A DNA stretch of 64,000 bases, taken from positions 183,589,741 to 183,653,740 of the forward strand of contig CM041465.1 in the NCBI GenBank assembly GCA_023213395.1, read 5' to 3'. The position numbers were made by a program, and so were the translations under genes. The notes beneath the pieces were generated by a model, which was not told where the DNA came from, made no database searches, and saw nothing but the letters and a program-made list of their open reading frames with translations. The first letter of the stretch is position 1; each line of letters begins with the position of its first letter. This DNA comes from Cycas panzhihuaensis. Taxonomy: Eukaryota > Plantae > Cycadophyta. Below are positions 50,173 through 60,557 of this stretch, in pieces.

Positions 50173-52715
50173 TCAATACCCTATATTTTATGTGTTAACA
50201 AACAAGGTGCATGTTCCAATAATATTATTGAAAATTACTTACATAAAATATGTGATATGGGTTATTACAATTGAGTAAAAAATTTGCCACATATCCTTTG
50301 GACATTTAGAACCACATACAAAAGAGCTATAAGTTAGGCATCCTTTTAACTAGTCTACATAGTGTAAGCTAAATTCCATATGAATTCAAGATTCTCACTG
50401 TATGTATTGCATTAACTTTTCATTTAAGTGATAAAAAATCATTGTGATAACACTTTCTACAAGTCTTGTAGCTTGAAGAAACTTGTACCATGCTAGCACA
50501 AATGCAATCCATGGAGAAAAAGTGACAAAAGACATGGTACAATCACCATATAAAATCTCCATAATTCGACAAAAATAAATATTACTATATAACAATAAAT
50601 TCCAAACGCACTTTGAGAAATTGAAAATAAGTTATATTGGACTGTATGTAATCAAGGAAATTTATAGTAATGCTTTCATCTAATTAAAATATTTGGATGA
50701 GGAGTTACTACTAAAAATGATTAATAATAGCAAACTCAAACCCTCCTATGATTGAAAGGAAACTTGGAGTCTAATGAAAAGCTTATCAGGTATACTACAA
50801 CATGTTGCAAGGTATTTGGAGGTACTAAAAACATGTTGAAACAATAAAAATTGTTTTAATGTCAAGAATGTTTGAAAAATATCTTTAAAAATCAAATTTG
50901 AAAAAAAAAAGAAAAAGGGGAGAGAGAAGAATTAACCATAACTTCAATGTTATGATGGATATATAACTAGGTATACAAACACAATATAACAATTATAGGC
51001 TATATAAAAAGATTTACTATTTCTATTCATGGAACAAGCGAGTTACTATCCCGCTCATAACCATTTTAACAAAGAACCATTTCAACAAAAAGCATTTGTC
51101 ATAGAGACATTTAACCATGTAATTTAAGCCCTAAACATTTGCCATAAATGCATTCCTCCAAATGTTCATATTCATATCCATAACTATAATTGTTAGTTTA
51201 TAGTTGCTAAATAGTGTTCAAGCATCGATTAAATCAAACCTATAACTATGGTAGAATCAAGTCACATAATAGAATTTAAGTTATTTTTTAGGTGACGGAA
51301 TTAACACAAGGGTAACGCCATGTTTGCCCAACATTAGTTATATGAGTTTGTTGATGGTTATATGGTAAGTCATTCTCCATTTATCCCATATTCCTATGGT
51401 ATGGATATAGAAGATATTTACAAGGAACAAGGAGATGGCCCAGAAGTATCAAGAATAGGATGCAAACCAAGTGTTAATATCAAAGCTATAAGACCAATCC
51501 AAAGAAATATAATAAGAGATTAAATTTTAATAATTTTATTATTATACTTGATATCGACATGGATGCTCACTAAATTTCATATGAATCGATAGATGTATGT
51601 GTTATCTACAAAATAACGACATAGTGCAACCAAGAGAATAAGTCTGTTGCACAACAAATAAGAGGTTGGGTATACCACATGCAACAAATCATATGAATGG
51701 CAATAATAGAATAAGAAAATCATGTTGTATTATCAAATGATAGGGACAACAATATAATAGGTAATAGGCTATACAATCAAGCCATAGCACACAACAAACA
51801 ATAGGGCCAAAAACTAACTGGACCAAAAACTAGCCACACCATATGACAAATAAAAAGTTGTATATCAATAACAATGCATGGGAGCAACCATTCTAATTAG
51901 TAACACGTCATTAATTGTTGATAATGTATTAAAATAGAATTGTAATGAATTATTCAAAATGGATATGGTTATGAACAATGGTCTCTACTGTGAAGAAACA
52001 CTCGTTAGTTTGGTTAAATAGGCATTCTTACCAATTAGTTTAGTATAAGAGCCTAGTGTAAATATCTAGCCTTGATCTAATATAATAACGAGTTATATGG
52101 TATATTTTATATGAACATATCCTTATGTGAGTGCCATGAAGTATGTTATTTGACCCTCGGCATAAGATTATTTGTAGAGAATCGTTGCTACCAAAACTAT
52201 TCTAGTCACTTGAAGAGAGTCCATTTCATGATATGAAGGATTGATAAAACCACCATGATTGATGAGAAGGGAATAGCCTTAGGGAAGCTAGGGTGCTATT
52301 CTGTAGTCAACAATGGTCGTTTTAATATAATTTAATATAATAAAATATTAGCAGGTTGAAATTTACCATGTGAGCAAACAATTAAACATCTTTAGGGAGA
52401 GAGAGAGAGAGATGCATTAATATATAATATACATATATGCCCTAATGATGAGAGGGCAATGGATGGTCACAACCCCCTTTTTAAGGCATTATCAATTACA
52501 CATTAACTTTTGGCTTCCACCTTAACACTAAAACAATATACTAAAATTCAAGTTATATGATAAATGATGAAAAATGAAACTAGTTAAATGAGTGATATGG
52601 ATTAGTTAAATAGTAAATCAAAAATCACAATGGCATTAATGAAATAATATTAGATTGAGAGATCAAATTAATAGACTAACAAACAAGTTTTTAAATTATA
52701 GATAATTTACTCCAA

Positions 52716-52886
52716 TATATATATATATTTTGACGGTATGTACTGAAGGGATGGAATTAGATCCTTGTTTGTTGAAGTTTGCTACCCTTTCATTCAGGTT
52801 TTCCCTATAACCCCCTCATGGAAGTCGAACCTAGGACTTCCAATACCGTAGGGTAGATGCCTACTAGTGCACCTTAGTGCCTAACC
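52716..52886 (-). mobile_element. tRNA-derived SINE (~170 bp)
   Basis: Minus strand shows A-box-like ggtgcactagtagg and B-box ggttcgacttc at tRNA-like spacing, a 3' end ccgtcaaaa(ta)n, and imperfect flanking repeats ttactccaata / ttactctcaaca. Confidence 0.65.
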
Positions 52887-53492
52887 ATTACTCTCAACAA
52901 TTTCATTATACAACTTTTGGACAAATCTATTGAAGAGAGTTCAAGGTTCTGAGTGTTGACTTAATATCTGTCGTACTGAGATATCCACTTGTCAAGGTTT
53001 CCACTGTAGTCTAAGGTGTGTTTATGATCAACATATACATTCGTATACTAGATTATGCCTTATAAGTCCACAATATAATCATACAATACAATAGACATCA
53101 TACATTCCTCATTATATGCACATAGATTCCATGTAATTCTGTAATTTCATTAAACAATAGTCAATGTTTACATCATGGTATGTATTTCATACAATGTTGG
53201 ACTATTGTCCATAGTAGGCCAGACCCAATAATTCACTTAACTCTCACATCCATCCCATTGATTGGATGTATTTAAATAGTGTGTACATCCTTGTTGAAGA
53301 ACATTTATGATCAAAAGTCACAATTGTTCATTTTCCTTAATGCACACCCTTTCATATCCAACCCTTAACTACTTCATTCCATTGTTGGTTAATTTGCATG
53401 TGCGTATGTACAATCTCAATCCATGTGTTCTTTGCCTACCTGATCCATTCCACGAGTGTTCCTAGATTGTGTTGCATGCATTCTGGATGCGC

Positions 53493-55853
53493 TGCTACGG
53501 GATAACTACCTAACTGATAGGTGTAAGGGAGAGTGAGTGGTGGAATGATAGAAGGTGGGACCTAAAAGGTGGGTAACTACCACGCAGAGCGCCCCGTGCG
53601 CCGGAGCGCGAGTTCGGGATCTGCAATGGAGTATGGCTACTATCGGGTGACCCTTCACCGCTTCGAATAAGGGGTGAAGGTGCGTAGGGCAAACCTGGGT
53701 TGACCTGGGAATAGGACCCTCCCACCCTTGGGTGGCCAGAAGGGGGGAAGAGAAGACCTAATGGAGGCAGGCCAAGAGCAAACCTACACAACCTAGCACA
53801 CACGAGTGATGCGGGAAGCAAGGCACTCGTGTGGTTAAGGAGGGAGGAGGAAAGGTAGGGGAGAGGAGGACTCCTACAATCTTTCCTACGAATGATAAAG
53901 ATGCATGAAACAAGACAAACGAATCATAAACAAATACCAAACCAATTTTCCCCTTTTATCCTTCAATGTGCTAATTACTACAAGAGAAATAAAAGGAAAA
54001 GAAAGGGTAGCGGAGGGGAACGAAACGTGCACTGGACCGGCGGCGAGGCAAGTAGCCTTCTCGAGGAGCACCCAACCACTCGCTGACGTCTTGGATGCGA
54101 GATGTTGCATGACAAAGAGGGGGCTTCCTTACCTTCTCCGGAAAATTAAATGCGATGCCAAGAAAGAAAGGAAGCACCAACTAATAAGTGAAGCGAGATA
54201 AAACATAACGCATACAAAGGTGCTTACAGAGCGAGGCCCACGCAGGCGATGCACTCCACGCTCCCAAGTACTGCAAGCAATAGCGGTCTCTTTCTCTTCC
54301 CGAAGGAAGAGCACTAATATGCAACACAAAAACTCTAACAATACATGCCTAAATAACATAAACGAGAATCTGAATATACATGCGTTAGTGCTAATCCAAC
54401 AATGAAAGTCTCAAAAGAAAGTGACCAAAGTGAAAGTAAATGATTGGGTAAGCCTCGGAGTGGCCTACCTCTCGCAAATGATGCCCAAACCTCCCCCCAA
54501 GAGCCACGAGGCAGCGAGGAGAAAGTCAAGAGCAAGGGCTGGAAAATGGCAGCAAAAAGAGGCAAAGAGAGGCCCAAGGGTACCCACGGCAAACCGGGAT
54601 GCTATGAGGAGCAAACCGGGTGACCCGGGGAAGAAGGGTGGAGCAAGAAACAAGCGGTTGGGACTTATGAGTGATGCCCAAATCCGAGCCAAAGGCCCCA
54701 AATCAGCGCTGCAACTCGTGACAGCGCTGGTTTGGGCAACCAAATGGAGCCTTCAAACCCTTGTTTGCAAGCCAAGGGCAGCACGGGGCGAGACAGAGGT
54801 TTTGGAGGGCTTAGAGCCGCCTAGGGAGTGTGGAAGGTGGTACAGAATCCACTCAGCTCCTCTCCAAAACCTATGCAACCCCTCAACGCCACGCTTTGAC
54901 AAAGAACGCAGTAAGAAGCAGGTGGAGAGTGGTATAATGTCCCCAAAAGGGAGGAAAACCAACTCTCAAGCAACAAGAGCAGACGGGTCAAGCATGAATA
55001 TCACAAGAAAACAAGTATAAAACAAGGAATACCTGAAAAGGAGAGGCAAGGGATTTGCCTCAGCCAAAGGGCAGTGGAGAGGGGCTGATAAAACAACCCA
55101 GATCTGAAGTAGAGCAGGTTTGAGGCCCTGCTACGGAGATGTGACGGGAAACACCTGCACTTGGGGCGCTTATGGACTGCCTGGGCGAAGATCAGCTGGA
55201 GACCACTTCAAAGGAGCCATCTCCAAGGCGTTTGAGGGGCTGGGAGAATGTCTCAGCCGCGCCAAATGAGAGTCATTTGTATGAAGGGTGCAGTCCAGAT
55301 TCTGTGACAAAGCAGAGAAGAGCAGAGCAGGAGAGTGTTTCCTTGAGAGCAATTCCAAAAGTGAGCAAAAAAAAAAGATCCTTGAAAATGAGCCAAAAAG
55401 GGCTTAAGTACTCAAGCAAAACCCTAAAGCGTGCGATTAGGGCGCAGCTGGAAGAGAAATATATGCGAGCCACGTGGCGGGCGCTTCGCAATAAATGCGA
55501 AATTGCCACAGTGGATTTTTAAAAACAACTCGAGATACCGTCTGGCCGGAATTTCGCAGATCATGGATATTCCGTGATCGCGAAAAATCGGCCAGACGCA
55601 CTAGAGCCAAAACCGGGGCCCACCAACCGCCTAGGCGGGGCGATGATGAAAAGGCTATTAGAAAGCTAGAACACCTACCCGGGGGCAAACAAGCCAACAA
55701 AACGGGTCCAAAGGAGCAAAAATAGGGCTCGAGTGGGTGGCAAGTTGACCAAACGATGATGAGTCATCACACCAAGTGAGGTGGCGCAAAACCTAGTGGA
55801 TCCCGGAGCGAGGAGGGCGATCACGGAAGTAATACGGTCACTGTGGTGCCACA
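53493..55853 (-). repeat. Putative 3' LTR (~2.4 kb) of the Tat element
   Basis: TG at the composition step (tgctacggg) and ...gccaca at 55853; PPT-like gactatagcaggggca (minus, 55866-55881). The partner LTR is outside the window, so the ends are unverified. Confidence 0.55.
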
Positions 55854-56464
55854 CTCACGGGAGTGTGCCCCTGCTATAGTCGTCATAGGCTAAAATAAGT
55901 GTGGATGACTACAAGGTCGCCCACAAAGTCATACACATGCAGATACTTAAGCAAACATCCAGTGAAAGAAAGCGATGATAATACGAGAGACATACCTGCA
56001 CTTACCTGAGTCGGTGATTCCGTATCCATTCCCGGAAGCCGGGAAACACTACCCTCGGCAGAGCCTCGCCGCTCGGAAGCCTGGTGCGATGGCGAATGCT
56101 GGCAACACAACTGTGAGTAGCACATGTGTATAGATATATCAATCAAGATCATAACAGTAGGCAAGGGTCCCGCCATGAGTGTCGTGGCGGACGCTGGATA
56201 CGAAGCGGTGGAGACAACATAGGGCCATGGGCCACCGGAAACCGATCGAAGAATGAGACAGTGAGGGGCCGCCCCACCACAAAGGATGCAAAGGAACATG
56301 CATAGCTAAATAAAGCACGAATAGTGGGTACCATAGTTTTACCTCATTAGTAACCCGGTTTCGGAGGTGCGAACGGATCGCAGTAAAGTGAGACGACCAG
56401 GGGCTTGGGCGACGGAAGGCCGTGCAAACCTCGTGGACTGGCCAAGAAGAAGGGAGAGGCGCTC

Positions 56465-56850
56465 AAGGATGAGGCGACGAGGCTATCTCGCCTCGGCGTT
56501 GACGCCCGAGGGATATCTGGATATCAACAGAAAAGCGGGCCAGAGGGATCCGGCAAGAAGCAAGAGTCCTCAAGTGAGGGCATCGCACCGTAAACCCGGG
56601 TGAGATGAGACACCACAACCCGAGAGTCGCAGCAAAGCAATGGGTCAGTGATGGAAACGGAGAGCATCAGTGAGGGCTTCAATAACAGCTGTATACTCGG
56701 CTTCGTTGTTGGTAGCCTCTGGGAGGAAGATCCCAGAGTGGAGGAGATCATGTCCATAAGGGCTGCGGAGGATCCATGCAGCGGCAGAAGGTCCAAGATT
56801 ACCGCGGCTTCCGCCACAAGAAAGATGTGATGTACATCGGCGACACAAAA
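56465..56850 (-). CDS. Archaeal-type (additional) RNase H, frameshifted as assembled
   Basis: GGSRGNLGPSAAAWILRSP...ATNNEAEYTAVIEALTDA...DSRVVVSHL...IPR...DSL matches DG(A)SRGNPG / TNNxAEY / DS / HIPRxxNxxAD of RNase HI. The first catalytic Asp is not clearly present. Confidence 0.8.
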
Positions 56851-57353
56851 TCCAAGCAATCGATGGGTGATGAAGGCAACGCTCAACAAGCAAGCAGAAA
56901 GTGGCCGTGAAGGGTAGGAGGACCTAGCAATGAGGTTACCCAGGGCGAGAGCAGACAATCCGATCACCGGCAGAGAGTGGTCAGACGGGAAAAAGTCTCT
57001 TGAAGTGCCAAAAGGTCGCCTTAGAAAGCGAAACATGCCCCCAAGTGGGGGGCATTCCTTTTGGGGACTCCAAGAGCGAGAAAGGACTGCGGAAATGAGT
57101 CCAGGGCAGTGAAACGAGCCAAACGAGTATAAACTCGGGCAGGCACGGGAGTAGCGCGCAAAACGATGCAGAAGGGCCCTAGCAAAAGCGCGATAACGAG
57201 GCACCATAAATGCCCTTACAAAGGAGGGCAAAAAGGGCATCAATATAGCGCAATTGACGACAGGGCCAGAAGGCAAAGGTAATCGGGGCAACGAGACGGT
57301 CCCAACGACTGACGCGAGACCAAAAACAGAGGAAGTGCCCGTTGGGGGCCCCG

Positions 57354-57364
57354 CCTATATAAGG
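57354..57364. promoter_or_regulatory. TATA-like dyad cctatataagg between the divergent aRH and PMD ORFs
   Basis: Reads TATATAA on + and TTATATA on - in a GC-rich context; a pyrimidine-rich Inr-like cacttcctct follows about 17 nt downstream on the minus strand. Confidence 0.35.
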
Positions 57365-58024
57365 AAATCGACGGGAAAATGGATTCATTTTCACCGGCTC
57401 TCATACGAAACCAGAGCCATTTCCTTACGCAGCGGAGCGCCACCCAACTTCGGAGGCACACAGAGGGAGATCGGACCGTCGGAGAGCGGGACACCAAAGA
57501 CGACCGACTGACATGGCGATAGCGAGACCAGATCCAGTGAGTGGCAATCACTAAACCTGACCCAAATCGAAGTTCAAAGTTCATGGCTTTTTGTAGTTTT
57601 TGTAGTAATTTTTGCATAGTCTTAGTGCCCCTTATGAGCAACGGAAGGTTTCCCGGGATCCGAATCGGACCCAGAAAGAGGCGGGGCCCAGGCATTGGGA
57701 GTTTCGATCCCGTGGGCCCCAGGGTCCACCGTAAGAAATTTTTGGTTTTGGCGTAAAACCCCTTTAGGGGTCGCCGCATCACGGCAATGATCGCGGTGCC
57801 GCGATCATTGCCGCGGGCCCCACATCGCCGCGGGACCCGTGGCGCGGTACGAAGGCAGGAAGGCAGAAAAATAGACATGACGGCCAAAAGAGCCCCAAAT
57901 CTCAGGCAGAGAGAGATTTGAGAGAGAGAGAAGTAATAATAGCTGACATGAGACTGACTTGAGGTGTTTTTGATGTGAACAGGCTGTCCTCGCGGTAGAT
58001 AACCGTGAGAACGTCGGTATGGCT

Positions 58025-59944
58025 ATGCTGAGTTACATGGAGATGATGACTCAGGAGGATAGGGACATGCTGCAGAGGTGTGGCCTGTACAAGGCCCTCA
58101 AGACACCTCAGTACACGTCGGACCAGAGGCTGCTGGTGGATATAGTGTCCCATTGGGACCGGAGGAGGCATGTGTTCCACCTACCATAGGTGGGGGATGT
58201 GATGGCCACGCCGAGGGATATCCGTGGATCTCGGGAGTTCCGGCGACTGGGAGGCCGGTGAGACTCGGACGCCGCCAAGACCGAGGCAAAGACACGTGAG
58301 GCAGCTCTGTTCTTCATAGGAGCTGACAGGTGGGATCGGAGGGGAGCACCCCTCCAGACAGTTCTGTTGTCCGGGATTCCTCGAGTGAGGAAGATGATCA
58401 TACTGTGCATTCTGTTCTGGATTTCCCGGAAACAGAACTATCGAGAGGTTCCAGGCGGGTGGATGGATGCAGTTTGCCGATGCGAAGCCGGCGAGAGGAT
58501 GGACTGGGCAGCCTTGATAGCGACGAACCTAGTCGCCAGCACCGACACTATCAGACGTCCCAGAGGAGAGGGCTATCATATAGCACGCTATTACAAAGGT
58601 CGGGTATTTTGATCACTGCCAAGCTGGCACCGGTGAGGACCTCACCCTATCACGCATCAGCCCCGATGGTCCACGGATGGCGACTCGACCGAGGGGACAG
58701 AGGATGAGCCCATGTCGGACGATCGGTGGAGGCCACATCACTAGACCTCCTCACCCTCCTGCACTACATCACTGAGCCATACAGACGGTGAGGTGGGATA
58801 GCGACGATGAGGCTAAGTGAGCAGGAGTGCCCATGGAGATGACAATGATGATGGGGATGATGGAGATAGTGGAGACAATGGGCCGGCCGTCATGACCTGG
58901 GGAGGCAGTCCTTCGTGGACAAAGAGACAGGCAAAGGGTCCATCCGGGGCTACCGGAGGAGAGGCAGGCCCATCAGGAGCACAGGGTGAGGTTAGAGGAC
59001 CCGTGACTAGGGCCCGCAGGCTACGGATCGTGATGGGATCCACAGGGACGAGAGCTGGGGCCACCCCCACGAGGAGAGGGACCCAGGCAGAGGAGGTGCC
59101 CGAAGACGAGGCACCTGCAGCTGGCGGAGAGCTAGGAGGAGAGGATGCCGCGCGACCGGAGGATCAGGCGGCCACAGCAGGTGAGAGCTAACCTTTTCCA
59201 AAGTCATTTAGCATCCAGATAGATGTTTGGTTTGATTTGATCATGGCATATATGGTGAGATATAGACTGACACATGGCGTGTTGCATTGGCAGGTACAAC
59301 AGAGATCAGGAGACTGATAGAGGCTGTGGCGAGGGAGATATTCCCTCGTATACGAGGGGCAACCGCCCATCCAGTGTGTGATGAGCCTAGAGCGGCAGGA
59401 GCCCACAGAGAGGCGTTCGCCCCATTGGTGAGGGCGAGGGACATATGGGCTGCAGAGTCCCAAGAGCATGCCACATCCCAGAGACGATTGCAGCAGGAGA
59501 GGGATGATGCGAGACGCGAGCGAGATGAGCCGCGAGGACTGCACAGGCTCTCTAGAGGCTGTGGTGGTGCGGTGGAGATGAGGAGAGCAGAACCCGCCTA
59601 GCGGTGATCAATGGCGTCTGTGGTGACAGAGGAGGCACTCGGGAGAGCAGGATCGTATCCAGCGAGATACTATCGCCTAGTAGCACGATGGTCTCGAGGT
59701 CGAGCCTGAGCAGACACGGACCCACACCTGGCGACGACCCCGAGACGACCTAGGGATGAGGAGAGCGAGGCAGGCAGCTCGCGGAGGCCCAGGAGGAGCC
59801 TCGGAGGCATGTGGTCCCCAGGAGAGGGATCACAGAGATCGGGAGATGGCACCCCAGGACCGGGGCAACAGCAGTAGGATATGTACATGCAGATTTGACA
59901 GGGGAAAGCATGGGCTTCCAGGGGGTCATATATAGGACCATATG
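58025..59944 (+). CDS. Antisense additional gene of the Tat element: plant mobile domain (PMD)-like N-terminus, acidic/Gly-rich linker and coiled coil; spliced, frameshifted as assembled
   Basis: EDRDMLQRCGLY...DQRLLVDIVSHWDRRRHVFHLP*VGDVMATP..I..ISGVPATGRPV matches the PMD motif LxERWxxxTHTFHLPxGEMTITLEDVxxIxGLPxxGxPV. Later come GERMDWAALIATNL and RRLQQERDDARRERDE. Confidence 0.7.
59181..59293 (+). other. 113-bp GT-AG intron in the antisense gene
   Basis: CAG|GTGAGA donor, ctgac branch-like motif, ttggcag| acceptor; lower GC than the flanks. Splicing joins ORF 58817-59191 to ORF 59287-59601 in frame (DQAATA-G-TTEIRRL). Confidence 0.8.
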
Positions 59945-60557
59945 ATTGTATCCCCCCTGCAAGGACACCGGCTTCCCAGGATGTATGATGATATGTTTTT
60001 TGATATGTATATATATATATATATATATATGCATGGGGTGATTGGAACCCCATTTGGATATGAGATGCTGTATATGATGTATCGTATGCGGATGATATGT
60101 ATATTTATTTTTGTGTATTGTGAATGTTATGTTGTGTTGTAGGTGTTTTATGTTGTGGATATTTTGTTATATGGACACACGTTCCCTTCCATGTATGACC
60201 ACACACCTAACAGGGGCACACACACACGCCGTGAGCGGGACGACATAGAAGTGTGAGGTTAGGGAGCAGGGCGACATACATGTCTACAGGAGAGCATAGC
60301 GGGATATGCGAAGGAAACGACGGGCAGGAAGGGGGCGACGATGCCCCCAAGCGTCTTCCTGATTGGGGGATGCCCAAGCAAGACGACACAAGGGTTCCCG
60401 AGAGAATACGGGAACGCGGGTTCCGCGGAAGGAACCGAAAAGAAGAAGAAGGATCCATCTTAAACTGCCACTCTACCCGTGATTGGGAAGAATGGGGACA
60501 ACCTAAGATGGTAGTTTAGGCTCATTTCGGAGCAAGGCAAAGGGATCGCCGAGAGAT

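Larger units (their letters stand above)
38600..50760 (+). mobile_element. Old Athila-like Ty3/gypsy pol (element Y), same family as X, split by two LTR insertions; boundaries approximate
   Basis: LAWPYKDLKGVPP (~39361); LPFGLTNTPIIFQRIILNIF; RNase H (~40.3-40.6 kb); integrase zinc finger (44649-44837); LWTFRTTYKRA (~50.3 kb); GPY/F-like tail ending NNSKLKPSYD* (~50755). Confidence 0.8.

Noticed and set aside
52810-52886. tRNA gene
   Set aside because: No convincing cloverleaf or acceptor stem; the body, tail and flanking repeats fit a SINE better.
50760-53490. Extra ORF or 3' LTR of element Y
   Set aside because: No readable frame or LTR boundary could be supported.
53510-55725. Dense overlapping ORFs, e.g. 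54421-55020
   Set aside because: Expected by chance in GC-rich LTR sequence; no domains recognised.
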